From Clostridium fallax (GTDB taxonomy: Bacteria; Bacillota; Clostridia; Clostridiales; Clostridiaceae): a DNA stretch of 32,000 bases. The position numbers and the translations under genes were made by a program. The stretch is taken from contig NZ_FQVM01000005.1 in the NCBI RefSeq assembly GCF_900129365.1, positions 100,710 through 132,709 on the forward strand. The letters run 5' to 3'. The notes beneath the pieces are model-generated. The model made no database searches. It saw only the letters and a program-made list of their open reading frames with translations, and was not told the DNA's origin. This document shows positions 17,567-28,846 of this stretch, piece by piece; position 1 is the stretch's first letter, and the number at the start of each line of letters is the position of its first letter.

Positions 17567-20491
17567 CTATGTTAAAACAACTTCCTTTACATAGTCATCC
17601 ATGATAAGTACTATTAAACTATTTCCTCTTCCAGCTCTATTTTGAAGCTTTATATTATTTATATAAGTTTCTTTAATATCCTCATTTTTAGATATTAAAA
17701 TCAATTTTTCATATCCATCATAGGTAGCTGCAATTTCATTACCTTCATTATACTCTTTATTAAAGAATACAGAAATAACATTTCCGTAAACAACCTCATC
17801 TTCATCTTTTAAAGATATTCCTGTAACTCCAGATGCAACTCTTCCCATAGGATTTACATTTTCACTTTCAAATTTTATTCCCATACCTTTTTTAGTTACT
17901 ATAACTATGTGATTTTTCTCTTTAGAAGAATACTCTATAGATACTAAAATATCATCTTCTGTTTTGAATCTATAGGCCATTTGATTATTATAGCTTCCTT
18001 CAAAATCTTTCATCATAGTTTTTTTAATTAAACCATTTTTAGTAAAGAAATATATATAGTTATCTTCATTAAATGATTTTTCACTAACTACTAAAAGTAT
18101 TTCCTCATCCTTTTTAAATCCATCAACAAAATTAGAAATATCTAAAGGTTCTTTGATATTTTGAGCCATAAAGGAAGGAAATTTGTAAACATTCCCCTTA
18201 TTTGAGAAGGCTAAAATAAATTCTCCTGAACTTGTTCTAACTTTATTATAAGAATCGGAACTTAATCTTGAATAAATTTTTACCTTTCCTTTTCTACTAA
18301 CTCCTAAAATAAATTCTTCATATTTGTATTCATCTTTAAATTCTATATTAACTATTTCATCTTCTGATGTAAGATTGCAAATTTCTGTTCCTAATATATT
18401 TCTATCTACTATATCAAGTTTAGGTTCTTCTATATAAAACTCTATATTCTTTTTAGTTTTTACATATATGAATTTTTCTTCTTCATTAACATCTATAAAT
18501 CTTACATATAAAAGCTTATCGGAATCTTTAAGCTTTAATGCCATAAGCTTTGTATACCCTGTTATAAACTTATCTAAAGAAGTCTTTTTTATAAATCCCT
18601 TTTTAGTTATAAATTGAAAAGCTTTATTTGGAGTAAAGTTTTCTATTGACTGTACTGATATAATTTTTTCATCTTCAAGGTTTAAGCCTCTTATTAGACT
18701 ATCAATTCTTTCTCCTTTTTCTTTCCAACGACATTCTGGTATTGAATTTCCTTTTATTTGATACATATTACCTTTATCAGTAAAAATAACTATAGTATCT
18801 TTGGTATTAGACTTAAATAAATACTTTAAGGAATCTCCTTCCCTATACTCAATATCTGAAGCATCTGAATTAGATCTATTATAACTTTTAATTGGAGTTC
18901 TTTTTATAAACCCTTCTTCTGATAATGTAACCATTATATCTTCTACTACTATAAGTTCTTCTAGATTTATTTTAGCCTCTGACTCATCTTCTACTATATC
19001 AGTTCTTCTAGGTGAAAAATACTTATCTTTTATTTCTATAAGTTCTGTTTTTATTACCTTTAATAATTCTTTTTCACTTTCTAGAATCTTTTTAAGTCTT
19101 TTTATAGTTTTTTCTAATTCCTTATATTCTTTTTTAAATACATTTATTTCAAGACCTGTTAATCTATAAAGCATAAGTTCTAATATAGCTTCTGCTTGTA
19201 TACTAGTAAACTGAAATTTATTAATAAGCTTTTCTGCCGCCTCTTTTTTAGACTTGGAAGCTCTAATTTCTGCAATTATCTCATCTATTATATCTATAGC
19301 TTTTATAAATCCTTCAACTACATGAAATCTTTTTTCTGCTATATCTAACTCTCTTTTAGTTCTTCTTGTTATAACATCCTTTTGATGATTAACATAATGA
19401 CCTATTATAGTTTTTAAACCCATAGTTTCTGGTTTACCTTCTGCTAAAGCCACCATATTAAAACTTATATTACATTGAAGGTCTGTCTTTTTAAATAAAT
19501 ATTTTAAAACTTTATCTGCAGTCTCTTCATCTACTGACTTTTTAAATTCAATTACTGCTCTTATACCAGTTCTATCTGACTCATCTCTAATATCTGTTAT
19601 AGACTCTAAAGCCTTTGAATGTCTTTTATCTCCTGTCATTTCTGATATAGTTTGAAGAAGTCTTGCCTTATTTCTTCTATATGGAAACTCTGTGATAACA
19701 ATTCCGAGCCTTCCATTTTCTAATCTTTCAATGGAAGTTTTAGCTCTTAAAGTTACCTTTCCTTCCCCTGTTTCATAGGCAGAAATTAAAGAATTTTTAC
19801 CTATTATAACTCCACCTGTTGGTAAATCTGGAGCCTTTATATAATTCATAAGTTCTTTAGTTGTAATCTCTGGATTATCTATATAAGCTAAAGTACCATC
19901 ACAAACTTCTCCTAAATTATGAGGTGGAATATTAGTTGCTAATCCAACAGCTATCCCAAAAGCTCCATTTACTAATAAATTAGGATATCTTGCTGGTAAT
20001 ACCTTAGGTTCTACATCACTATCTGAGTAGTTTGAAACCATATCAACTACTCCTTTTTCTATATCCTTAAGCATCTCCATAGATATATTAGAAAGCCTTG
20101 CTTCTGTATATCTCATGGCTGCGGCTCCATCTCCATCTATTGATCCCCAGTTACCATGTCCATCAATTAAAGGTTCTCTTGTTGAAAAGTTTTGAGCTAA
20201 AATAACCATGGCATCATAAACTGATGAATCTCCATGAGGATGGAATTTACCTAATATATCTCCAACTATTCTTGCTGATTTATAATAAGGCTTATCTGGA
20301 AATGCCTTAAGCATATAAGCACCATATAATATTCTTCTATGAACTGGTTTTAGTCCATCTCTAACATCTGGAAGAGCTCTTTCCTTCGCAACCTCCACAG
20401 CATATGGAAGGTAATTTTCAGGCATCGCTTCTTCTAGAGGTACTCTTATTATATTGTTGTCCTTTGGAATAATATTATTTTTTTTTGCCAT
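17567..20491 (-). CDS. parC: Type IIA topoisomerase subunit A, ParC-like (topoisomerase IV A), with an unusually long C-terminal domain
   Basis: 974 aa. The catalytic Tyr sits in [10 protein letters not shown], and the N-terminus [17 protein letters not shown] is conserved. No GyrA box (Q-[RK]-R-G-G-[RK]-G) occurs at the start of the CTD, where the sequence reads [15 protein letters not shown]. That favours ParC over GyrA. The gene is not in a dnaA-recF-gyrBA context. Confidence 0.75.
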   Translation of the reverse strand: MAKKNNIIPKDNNIIRVPLEEAMPENYLPYAVEVAKERALPDVRDGLKPVHRRILYGAYMLKAFPDKPYYKSARIVGDILGKFHPHGDSSVYDAMVILAQNFSTREPLIDGHGNWGSIDGDGAAAMRYTEARLSNISMEMLKDIEKGVVDMVSNYSDSDVEPKVLPARYPNLLVNGAFGIAVGLATNIPPHNLGEVCDGTLAYIDNPEITTKELMNYIKAPDLPTGGVIIGKNSLISAYETGEGKVTLRAKTSIERLENGRLGIVITEFPYRRNKARLLQTISEMTGDKRHSKALESITDIRDESDRTGIRAVIEFKKSVDEETADKVLKYLFKKTDLQCNISFNMVALAEGKPETMGLKTIIGHYVNHQKDVITRRTKRELDIAEKRFHVVEGFIKAIDIIDEIIAEIRASKSKKEAAEKLINKFQFTSIQAEAILELMLYRLTGLEINVFKKEYKELEKTIKRLKKILESEKELLKVIKTELIEIKDKYFSPRRTDIVEDESEAKINLEELIVVEDIMVTLSEEGFIKRTPIKSYNRSNSDASDIEYREGDSLKYLFKSNTKDTIVIFTDKGNMYQIKGNSIPECRWKEKGERIDSLIRGLNLEDEKIISVQSIENFTPNKAFQFITKKGFIKKTSLDKFITGYTKLMALKLKDSDKLLYVRFIDVNEEEKFIYVKTKKNIEFYIEEPKLDIVDRNILGTEICNLTSEDEIVNIEFKDEYKYEEFILGVSRKGKVKIYSRLSSDSYNKVRTSSGEFILAFSNKGNVYKFPSFMAQNIKEPLDISNFVDGFKKDEEILLVVSEKSFNEDNYIYFFTKNGLIKKTMMKDFEGSYNNQMAYRFKTEDDILVSIEYSSKEKNHIVIVTKKGMGIKFESENVNPMGRVASGVTGISLKDEDEVVYGNVISVFFNKEYNEGNEIAATYDGYEKLILISKNEDIKETYINNIKLQNRAGRGNSLIVLIMDDYVKEVVLT

Positions 20492-20527
20492 ACCTGCTAC
20501 TCCAATCTTTTTTTATTAGTATATAAT

Positions 20528-22486
20528 CTAAAATTCACCATACTTATACATATAATTTTTTCTTGGCTCTACTACATCTCCCATAAGAAGTGAAACCATT
20601 TTTTCCGCTTTAGATGCATCTTCTATTGTAACTTGTATTAAAGTTCTAGTTTCTGGGTTTAAAGTTGTTTCCCAAAGCTGCTCTGGATTCATCTCTCCAA
20701 GACCTTTATATCTTTGTATAAGTGCCCCTTTTCCTATTTCTTTTTTTGCCTTTTCAAGTTCTTCATCACTATAAGCGTACTTCACTACTTCACCACTTTT
20801 AGTGTTCTTATAAACTTTATATAACGGTGGTTGAGCTAAATACAAATGATTATTAGCAATAAGTGGTCTCATATAACGATATATATATGTCATCCATAAA
20901 GTTCTTATATGGTATCCATCTACATCTGCATCACTCATTATTATTATTTTGTTATATTTTAAATCTTCCTCTTTATAATTATCTAAAGTTCCAGTACCAA
21001 TTGCTGTGTTAAATATTTTTAGCTCCTCTGAACCTAATACATTTTCAAGCTTTTGTTTTTCCGTATTCATTATTTTACCTTTAGATGGCATTATTGTTTG
21101 GAATCTTCTATCTCTAGCTTGTTTTGCAGAACCACCTGCTGAGTCTCCCTCAACTACTATGAATTCATTAACAGAATTATCTTTTAATGTGCAAACTGCC
21201 ACTTTACCAGCTAAAGGCGCTGCACCTTTACCTATTTTTTTCTTTTCTGCGTCATTTATTTTTTTTATTTTTTCTCTTCTTGCAGCAGCATCTAGTGCGT
21301 TATTTATAATACTTGTAGCTATTTCTTTATTATCTTCTATCCATTCACAAAGTTTAGTATAAGCTAAATCATTCATCATAGTATAAGCTTCGGTATTACC
21401 TAACTTTGTTTTTGTTTGTCCTTCAAAAACTGGATTAGTTATTTTAATTCTAACAATAGCAGTTATACCTTCTCTTAAATCATCACCTTCAAATTCTTTA
21501 TCTTTTTCTTTTATAAGTGATAACTTTCTTGCCCACTCTTTAAAAGCTCTAGTCATACCAGTTTTAAATCCAGTTTCATGAGTTCCAGCTTCCGTTGTTG
21601 GAATATTATTAACATAACTTGCAATATATTCTGTTGTAGAATCTGTAAATTGCATACAGATTTCTCCATACATATTAATATTTGATACTGTTCTTTCCCC
21701 TTCAAAAAGAATAGGCTGTTGATGTATTGGTGTTTTGCTTTCATTTAAATAGTCAATAAAATCAAGAAGTCCCCTTTCTGAAAAGTATTCTTTTTTAACT
21801 TCTTGATCTTTTCTATTATCTATAAGCTGAAGTTTTATTCCCTTATTCTGGAAGGCTAATTCTTGAAGTCTTTCATCTATAACGTCAAACTTAAAATCTA
21901 TTGTAGAAAATATAGTATCATCTGGCATAAAAGTTACTTTAGTTCCAGTTTTTTTTGTTTCTCCTATAATTTCTAATCCTTTAATAGGAGTTCCTGGCAT
22001 AACTTTTTTTAGCTCTTTATCATAAGCATTTTCAAATCTTTGCTTATATATTTTGCCATTTTGATAAACCTCAACTTCAAGCCATTTAGAAAGAGCATTT
22101 ACTACAGCAGCTCCTACTCCATGAAGACCTCCTGAGGTTTTATAGTTTTTATTATTAAATTTACCACCGGTATGTAGTTCTGTAAAAACCATCTCTACTC
22201 CAGATTTCTTTTTTATTGGATGTATTCCTGTAGGAACTCCTCTACCGTTATCCATTATAGTTACACTTTTATCTTTATTTAAAATAACAACAGCTTTATT
22301 TCCATATCCATTAGATATTTCATCTATAGCATTGTCTAATATTTCCCAAATACAATGATGTAATCCCTTTGATGATGTAGAGCCTATATACATTCCTGGT
22401 CTAACTCTAACTGGTTCTAATTTTTCAAGGGAAGTTAAATCTGTAACATCATAACTAATATTTATCTTCTCTTTATCTGAACTCAT
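20528..22486 (-). CDS. parE: Type IIA topoisomerase subunit B, ParE-like (topoisomerase IV B)
   Basis: GHKL ATPase motifs (EILDNAIDE, GGLHGVGAAVVNALS) and Toprim motifs (VEGDSAGGSAKQARDR, MSDADVDGYHI). The track ORF starts at a GTG at 22495 that is part of the SD GGTAGGTG. The ATG at 22486 (MSSDKEK) lies 6 nt after it. ParE versus GyrB is decided by pairing with the ParC-like subunit, not by sequence. Confidence 0.75.
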   Translation of the reverse strand: MSSDKEKINISYDVTDLTSLEKLEPVRVRPGMYIGSTSSKGLHHCIWEILDNAIDEISNGYGNKAVVILNKDKSVTIMDNGRGVPTGIHPIKKKSGVEMVFTELHTGGKFNNKNYKTSGGLHGVGAAVVNALSKWLEVEVYQNGKIYKQRFENAYDKELKKVMPGTPIKGLEIIGETKKTGTKVTFMPDDTIFSTIDFKFDVIDERLQELAFQNKGIKLQLIDNRKDQEVKKEYFSERGLLDFIDYLNESKTPIHQQPILFEGERTVSNINMYGEICMQFTDSTTEYIASYVNNIPTTEAGTHETGFKTGMTRAFKEWARKLSLIKEKDKEFEGDDLREGITAIVRIKITNPVFEGQTKTKLGNTEAYTMMNDLAYTKLCEWIEDNKEIATSIINNALDAAARREKIKKINDAEKKKIGKGAAPLAGKVAVCTLKDNSVNEFIVVEGDSAGGSAKQARDRRFQTIMPSKGKIMNTEKQKLENVLGSEELKIFNTAIGTGTLDNYKEEDLKYNKIIIMSDADVDGYHIRTLWMTYIYRYMRPLIANNHLYLAQPPLYKVYKNTKSGEVVKYAYSDEELEKAKKEIGKGALIQRYKGLGEMNPEQLWETTLNPETRTLIQVTIEDASKAEKMVSLLMGDVVEPRKNYMYKYGEF

Positions 22487-22508
22487 AATTTGCACCTACC
22501 TATTTTTG

Positions 22509-23633
22509 TTATCCTTTATAAGTGGTTTGAATAAATTCATCATTTAAAAACTCACTTCCATTTATAATTTCTAATGTACTATTTTCTTTTAAATTATTAT
22601 ATATATCAATTAATTTAGCAACTGCCTCTTCAATAGATGATATATGTATTTTATCTAAAAAATCTCTCTTTTTTGAAGCTCCCATATACATAGGATCATA
22701 ATATTTTATCATTAAATCCTTTGCCACTTCTTTAAACTCATTATTATTTACTAACTCTTTATATTTTTCAATTCTTTCTTCATTTATATACTTTTTCATA
22801 TTATCTAAGGCTTTATTTATTTTTAAATTGGCATTTTCAAAGTCTGTATACTCTTTTACTAATCTTTCTGCTCTAAAATCTAAATCAGCAGTTATATAAA
22901 TATTCCTTGATTTTAATATTTTATTCCAAATTTCATCTGGCATAATAATCTTACAGATTCTTCTGCTTTCCCCTTCTGTAAATACCAAATTACTTTTTCT
23001 ATTTTTAATTTGCTCATAAACTAGAGATTCAAACATCTTTTGAGAATTACATCTTCCAAGTCCAACTCCTCCTAATAAAGAACCTCTATGATTAGCTGCT
23101 CCTTCAAGATCTAATACATCATAACCTTTGTTTTTTAATTCTTTGAGCATATCAGTTTTTCCTATGCCAGTATTTCCATATAATGTTACAAGCTCAATAT
23201 TTTGAAACTCTTTAATTAGTTCTGCCTTTAAGCATTGCCTATAAGCCTTATATCCTCCTTGAAGTTTATAGATGTGGATTCCTAAAGAATTCATAAGAGC
23301 ATGAATACTTCCACTTCTCATTCCACCTCTTGCACAGAATACTACTATTTTTTTCCCCTTATTTTCATTATAAAGATTTTGTATTCTACTAAAGATTTCT
23401 GGTAACCTTTTAGAAATATATTTTATCCCTACTTCCTTTGCAATTTCTGTACTTTTCTGTTTATAAACAGTTCCTACATCTTCTCTCTCTTCATTGCATA
23501 AAATAGGAATGTTTATAGATCCTGGTATAGTTTCTTCTTCATATTCCTTTTCACTTCTAACATCTATAAAAATGCAATTGTCTATATCTTTTAATAATTC
23601 GCTGTAGCTTTCAATTCTATACAACGAATTCAC
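22509..23633 (-). CDS. selU: tRNA 2-selenouridine (and geranyl-2-thiouridine) synthase SelU/MnmH
   Basis: 374 aa. N-terminal rhodanese domain with the active-site loop CARGGMRSG, followed by the P-loop GNTGIGKT, as in E. coli YbbB/SelU. The start is uncertain by a few codons (GTG at 23633 or TTG at 23624). Confidence 0.82.
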   Translation of the reverse strand: MNSLYRIESYSELLKDIDNCIFIDVRSEKEYEEETIPGSINIPILCNEEREDVGTVYKQKSTEIAKEVGIKYISKRLPEIFSRIQNLYNENKGKKIVVFCARGGMRSGSIHALMNSLGIHIYKLQGGYKAYRQCLKAELIKEFQNIELVTLYGNTGIGKTDMLKELKNKGYDVLDLEGAANHRGSLLGGVGLGRCNSQKMFESLVYEQIKNRKSNLVFTEGESRRICKIIMPDEIWNKILKSRNIYITADLDFRAERLVKEYTDFENANLKINKALDNMKKYINEERIEKYKELVNNNEFKEVAKDLMIKYYDPMYMGASKKRDFLDKIHISSIEEAVAKLIDIYNNLKENSTLEIINGSEFLNDEFIQTTYKG

Positions 23634-23653
23634 CGCCTTTCCTACACTAATTA

Positions 23654-23682
23654 AGTATAAATATATCTTTATTTGTTGTCAA
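23654..23682 (-). promoter_or_regulatory. Sigma-A promoter upstream of selU
   Basis: The minus strand reads TTGACA (23677-23682), a 17-nt spacer, then TATACT (23654-23659). This is a near-consensus promoter about 20 nt upstream of the selU start. Confidence 0.65.
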
Positions 23683-23708
23683 ACACTTGTTCGCAGGTTG
23701 TTATTAAG

Positions 23709-23747
23709 CAAAAATAAAGAACACTATGATTTTAATCAAGTGTTCTT
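23709..23747 (-). terminator. Rho-independent terminator of the GT2 gene
   Basis: 9-bp perfect stem AAGAACACT/AGTGTTCTT at 23717-23747, extendable through TGATT/AATCA. It is followed on the minus strand by TATTTTTG. Confidence 0.7.
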
Positions 23748-23775
23748 CATCATTAAAATTTATTCTTTCTTAAAA

Positions 23776-25164
23776 TTATACTTCGTAAATACCTATTTGT
23801 CTAACATGCTTAGTGTGACTCCACTCTTTATTATTTTTATTTAATATTCCTTGAACTGTTATAGGTATCCAAGTTAATGTATATAATGCATACAATAAAT
23901 ATCTAAAGAATAATAAAGTATTTTCTTTTCCAGTAATTAAGTATGTAAGTAATAGGAATCCTAAATTATAAGCTAAATAAACTCCACTTACAAACCAAAT
24001 GCTTGAACCTTCGTGTATAATTTCTGGGAATACAAATACATTTAATGAGTAAAATAATATAAGAACAAATAAAGGTTTTCCAATCTTTCTATCCTTAATT
24101 AATATATAAGGTGTTATTATAAATTGTACTGCACTAAATATTTTCCAAGTAGTATTATTAAATAAATCATTTATAACAAATATATTTAATCCTGTTGTAC
24201 AATTTTGTGCAACAGTTAATATCATTGATACTGCTAATAATAAAGTTACAAATGGTTGAACTACATATAAAGCACAATCAAATGTTACAAAGCTTCTTTC
24301 TTTTATTGCCTTTTTTATAAGCTTCATAAAGTATCTTGATGCTACATCTGAAAATCCTTGCATCCATCTTTTTCTTTGATTCCATGATTGCTTTAATGTA
24401 AGAGGTTTTTCATCATAAACTATAGCATCATGAGCCCAACCTACTTTCTCTCCATTTAAAACAAGTTTACAGCTAAATTCTAGGTCTTCTGTTAAGCATG
24501 TAGCTCCCCAACCTAATTCCTTTAATATATCAACATCTACTACAAATCCAGTACCACCTATTTGATTTGATAATCCTATATTAGCTCTTGCTAATTGGAA
24601 TAATCTATTTGCAGACCAGAAAGCTATTGAATAACTTTGAGTTATCCAAGAATCACTTGGATTTTTAGAATCTATATAGCCTTGGACTACTTTATAGCCT
24701 TCACACATTTTTGCATTCATTTCCATTAAGAAATTATCTGAAGCTATATTATCTGCATCAAAAATAGCTATTGCATCAAACTTTTCATCCATTTTAAATA
24801 TTTTATCAAACATCCATTCTAAAGCGAAACCTTTTCCTCTTTTTTCTTTGTTTGATCTTTCAAAAACTCTTGCACCATGTTCTCGTCCTATTTTTGCCGT
24901 ACTATCGGTACAATTATCCGCAATAAGGAAGATGTCATATAACTCTTTAGGATAATTTTGATGTTTTAAACTTTCTATTAAGTTAGCTACAACCAATTCC
25001 TCATTGTGAGCTGCTATAATTAAAGCAAACTTTTTCTTAGGCGGATACTTTTTAACTTCCTTCTTTCTATGAAATCCAAAAAAACCCAGTACTAAATAGT
25101 ACATAGTTAAAATGAATATAGAAATTTGGAAAACCGCTGTAGCTGAAAAGATAAACTCTTTCAT
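23776..25164 (-). CDS. Membrane-embedded family-2 glycosyltransferase of the processive synthase type (PgaC/IcaA/BcsA-like architecture)
   Basis: 462 aa. An N-terminal TM helix is followed by a GT-A domain with DNCTD, DADN (DxD), TEDLE (TED) and QRKRW (QxxRW), then 4-5 C-terminal TM helices. SD AGGAGTGA lies upstream. Confidence 0.8.
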   Translation of the reverse strand: MKEFIFSATAVFQISIFILTMYYLVLGFFGFHRKKEVKKYPPKKKFALIIAAHNEELVVANLIESLKHQNYPKELYDIFLIADNCTDSTAKIGREHGARVFERSNKEKRGKGFALEWMFDKIFKMDEKFDAIAIFDADNIASDNFLMEMNAKMCEGYKVVQGYIDSKNPSDSWITQSYSIAFWSANRLFQLARANIGLSNQIGGTGFVVDVDILKELGWGATCLTEDLEFSCKLVLNGEKVGWAHDAIVYDEKPLTLKQSWNQRKRWMQGFSDVASRYFMKLIKKAIKERSFVTFDCALYVVQPFVTLLLAVSMILTVAQNCTTGLNIFVINDLFNNTTWKIFSAVQFIITPYILIKDRKIGKPLFVLILFYSLNVFVFPEIIHEGSSIWFVSGVYLAYNLGFLLLTYLITGKENTLLFFRYLLYALYTLTWIPITVQGILNKNNKEWSHTKHVRQIGIYEV

Positions 25165-25425
25165 TTAACTCACTCCTAATTTTTTAGTATGCTATTTTAA
25201 ATTACCTTTTTTGTTTCTTTTCACATAAAATACCATTTTCTTTTGTAGATTTATCTATATATCATACTTCATATAATATATTTCAAATATAATTAAAAAT
25301 CAAGTACTTATATTATTAATTATATAAGTAACTTTTATAAATTCTTATGATATTTATTATATTAACATATTTATATAAATAAAAATATTGTTTTATCATT
25401 TTTAAATGTTAAATTTTATTTTTTT

Positions 25426-25704
25426 TTAATTGATTAATAATTTTCTATAATGCAAATAAAAGAGGAAATTTAATTGAATTATTAAAATAATAGGTAATCC
25501 ATATTTAAAATACCAATGTTTCGTTTTATGTCTAAACCTATACATACCTAGTGTTTCTCCTAAACTTCCACCTAATATTGCTAAAAAGAAAATATTTTTT
25601 TCTTTTATCCTCCATTTCTTTTCTCTTGCTCTTTTTTTATCTAAAAACATTATTAAATATCCTAAAATATTTATTACCAATAAATAAATAATAATCATAT
25701 TCAT
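25426..25704 (-). CDS. DUF1294-family small membrane protein
   Basis: 92 aa with the DKxxAxxxxWRIxE...LGGxxG...FRHKTxH pattern typical of DUF1294 (FLDKKRAREKKWRIKEKNIFFLAILGGSLGETLGMYRFRHKTKH). SD AGGAG lies 7 nt upstream. Confidence 0.8.
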   Translation of the reverse strand: MNMIIIYLLVINILGYLIMFLDKKRAREKKWRIKEKNIFFLAILGGSLGETLGMYRFRHKTKHWYFKYGLPIILIIQLNFLFYLHYRKLLIN

Positions 25705-26057
25705 ATTATAACTCCTAAAAATTAATTTAACATTAAATATAAATTTTATTTTTATTAACTATCTAAAAATATTACTAAAATTTCTTCAATAAAACAATAA
25801 TATTTTTGTAATGCTTATATATTTAAATACTTTTTATTACATTTCCCTATTTTGATAAGAATTTTCAAACAACTTTTATTGTCAAAATATTTATATATTT
25901 CATATATACTTCTTAGATTTTTATTAAAAAATAGAAATTTTTTCAATAAATTGTTTATATAAGTTATAGATTTGCCTATTAATATTTATTTTGTTAAATA
26001 CTATCACCATTTAAAAGCTTCATTAATATATTAAAAATATACAAAGGAGGTTTTTAA

Positions 26058-26645
26058 ATGGATATACTTTCAGCATTATTATTTGTATTTTCTTGTAGTA
26101 TTGATACATTTATAGTTGCAATAGCTTATGGAATAAAAAATATTAAAGTAAGTACTGGTGCTAATTTAATAATTGCATTTATGTCTGCCTTAGGAACTTT
26201 GGTATCTATGAATTTAGGATTATATATATCTAATTTTATTCCAATAAAATATATAAGTATATTAGGAAATTTATCTCTCTTATGTGTGGGGCTATACTTT
26301 TTTATAGATGGAATGATAAAAAAAAGAAGAGCAAAAAAGCAAGATTATATACTATATTCCCCTGAGAAAGCGGACCAAGACTTATCTGGCTATATAGATT
26401 TTAAAGAATCTATAACACTTTCTTTAGCCTTATCTATCAATAACTTCGCTTTAGGAATTGCAGGAAGTCTTGCTGGATTAAACCTTTTAATTACTACTAC
26501 TATAACTTTTATTTTTTCTATAATATTTATTCCTTTAGGAATAGTTATTGGAAAAAGATTTATGAAAAAATCTATTAATGATAGTAGCTCTATAATATCA
26601 GGATTAATAATAATTATAATATCTTTTCTTCAAATAATAATTTAA
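26058..26645 (+). CDS. ytaF: Sporulation membrane protein YtaF / MntP-like (DUF204) transporter-type protein
   Basis: 195 aa, polytopic, with two DUF204-like repeats bearing SIDTF and SINNF motifs and a charged central loop. The resemblance to B. subtilis YtaF is from memory. A strong SD AAAGGAGG lies upstream. Confidence 0.7.
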   Translation: MDILSALLFVFSCSIDTFIVAIAYGIKNIKVSTGANLIIAFMSALGTLVSMNLGLYISNFIPIKYISILGNLSLLCVGLYFFIDGMIKKRRAKKQDYILYSPEKADQDLSGYIDFKESITLSLALSINNFALGIAGSLAGLNLLITTTITFIFSIIFIPLGIVIGKRFMKKSINDSSSIISGLIIIIISFLQIII

Positions 26646-26736
26646 TACATTAAAATATAAAATAAATTATCTATAATATAAAGTTATAAATAAACTCACT
26701 CTTTTATAAAAACAAATTTAATCTATCCTTACATGA

Positions 26737-26786
26737 AAAGAGGAATGCCCAAAATAATTTTACATTATTTTTTTGCATTCCTCTTT
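26737..26786. terminator. Bidirectional terminator between ytaF (+) and the MCP gene (-)
   Basis: Perfect 12-bp stem AAAGAGGAATGC/GCATTCCTCTTT plus an inner 8-bp helix AAAATAAT/ATTATTTT. The flanks are A/T-rich on both sides. Confidence 0.8.
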
Positions 26787-26808
26787 ATTAAATTATTTTT
26801 ATAACTTA

Positions 26809-28800
26809 TTAATACTTAAATTTTTCAATTTGACTTTGTAGTTTTTCTGCAATATCACTAAGTTCTGCTGAATGGTTTGTTAAGCTTTCAGTATTAGAAT
26901 TTACCTCTTCAACAGTTGCAGATACTTCCTCTGTACTAGCTGCTATCTCCTGAGCTACAACTGATACAGAATTTATCTTATCTACAGCAGCATCTTTTCC
27001 GCTGGATATTTTGTTTATCCATTCCACTACTTTTTCTACTTCTAAGGATAAGTCTTTAACTCCTAATAATATTTCATTAAATACATTTTTAGTTTCATCT
27101 ACTGATTTATTTCTAATCTCAAAGCTCTCATCTGCATTATTTAAGGCTTCCATTACCATATCATATTTAATTTGCATTTCTTCAATTATACTGCCAATTT
27201 CTTCTGTAGAAATCCTTGATTGTTCTGATAATTTTCTTATTTCATCAGCAACTACTGCAAATCCTTTTCCAGCTTCTCCTGCTCTTGCCGCTTCAATTGC
27301 TGCATTTAAAGCTAAAAGATTTGTTTGTTCTGTAATATCTGTTATAACCTTTGTTATATTACTAATTTTTCTGTTACTTTTATTTACTTCATTAACTACA
27401 TCATTAACTTTTCTAGAAGCATTTCTACTATCATTAGAACCTTCTTCTAAAATTTTAATCATGCCTATTCCTTTTCCAGTTAGATTATCTGATTTTAGAG
27501 CAAGTTCTTTCATAACTTCAGTTTCAGATATTACTTTATTAATCATGTCTGCTAAACCATTCATCTCACCAACACTATCTTGAGAATTTCTAGCTTGATC
27601 TGTAGAGCCGCCTGCTATTTCTTCTATAGCTTGAGCTATCTGATTCATAGCATCTCCATTCATACTTGTCATTTCAGCTAGACTTTTAGAAGTTTCAACA
27701 ACAAATTCTGTAGTATTTACTGTTTCACCTATTAAAGCGCCTATAGAATCACAAAATCTATTATAATCATCAGCTAATTCCTCTAATTCATCTCTTGAAT
27801 TAACTATTACCTTTTCGCTAAAGTTTCCTTCTGCAGCTCTTTTCAACCCTTCTTTTATTTTATCAATATTTTTTGTTAAATGCTTATTGAAAATAATAGC
27901 TAATAAAATTACTGCTACTAAAATAATAACAAATAATATTAATGAAGTTTTTAAAACATTATTACTTTCTTTATTAATTTCATCATTTGTTATTGTTGAA
28001 ATTAATTTCCATCCTGTTAATTTATCTGTATCAAATATTGCTATTTTATTTTTTCCTTCAAAATTATATCTTACTATTCCATCGTTATTTGTTGATACTT
28101 CCTTCCAAAATGGTAATTTTGAAAATGTATCTTTTCCTAAAAATTCACTTTTATTATGTGATACTGTGATTCCATTTCTATCTAATATATATATATATCC
28201 TGATTCACCAATCTTAATATTGCTTAATTTATTTGAAAGTTTATCTATATTTATATCTATCCCTAAAACCCCAACTAAATCATTTCCATTATAAACAGCT
28301 TTAGATAAAGTTATAACATTATTGTTATCTACAACATCTAAATAAGCATCACTAATATTTATTTTATTCTGTCCTTCAACAGCCTTTTTATACCAATCTC
28401 TATTTGATCCATCATAGCTTTCCCCTAAAATCCCACTAAGAGAAGAATATAATTTTCCATCTGCAGTAGAGAAATATACATCTTTTATAAACTTATTACT
28501 TTCTTTAACACTATTTATAACATTTTGAGCATATGTTTCAACTTCTAAGCTTTTATGTATATCTATAATATTTTTATTTTGTGATAAAATTTCTACTTGA
28601 TCTATAAATTCATTGAAAAATGTATCTACTGTATTTTCTGCAAGACTTAAATATTCTTTAGAATTTTGTTCAAATTGGTTTCTCATACTTTTATTAGTTT
28701 TTATAAACTGTATTCCTCCTAGGATAACCATAGGAATTACAGATAAAATTATAAACATAATTAAAAGTTTAGTCCCCAATTTTATATTCTTCTTTTTCAT
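26809..28800 (-). CDS. Methyl-accepting chemotaxis protein with an extracellular Cache-type sensor domain
   Basis: 663 aa. TM1 ([18 protein letters not shown]), a roughly 250-aa extracytoplasmic Cache-like region, TM2 ([18 protein letters not shown]) and a HAMP domain are present. The signalling domain has the conserved tip [35 protein letters not shown]. Confidence 0.93.
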   Translation of the reverse strand: MKKKNIKLGTKLLIMFIILSVIPMVILGGIQFIKTNKSMRNQFEQNSKEYLSLAENTVDTFFNEFIDQVEILSQNKNIIDIHKSLEVETYAQNVINSVKESNKFIKDVYFSTADGKLYSSLSGILGESYDGSNRDWYKKAVEGQNKINISDAYLDVVDNNNVITLSKAVYNGNDLVGVLGIDINIDKLSNKLSNIKIGESGYIYILDRNGITVSHNKSEFLGKDTFSKLPFWKEVSTNNDGIVRYNFEGKNKIAIFDTDKLTGWKLISTITNDEINKESNNVLKTSLILFVIILVAVILLAIIFNKHLTKNIDKIKEGLKRAAEGNFSEKVIVNSRDELEELADDYNRFCDSIGALIGETVNTTEFVVETSKSLAEMTSMNGDAMNQIAQAIEEIAGGSTDQARNSQDSVGEMNGLADMINKVISETEVMKELALKSDNLTGKGIGMIKILEEGSNDSRNASRKVNDVVNEVNKSNRKISNITKVITDITEQTNLLALNAAIEAARAGEAGKGFAVVADEIRKLSEQSRISTEEIGSIIEEMQIKYDMVMEALNNADESFEIRNKSVDETKNVFNEILLGVKDLSLEVEKVVEWINKISSGKDAAVDKINSVSVVAQEIAASTEEVSATVEEVNSNTESLTNHSAELSDIAEKLQSQIEKFKY

Positions 28801-28846
28801 AATTACTAACCAATTCCTTTCTATATCTTCTTCTAATTCAATTAAA

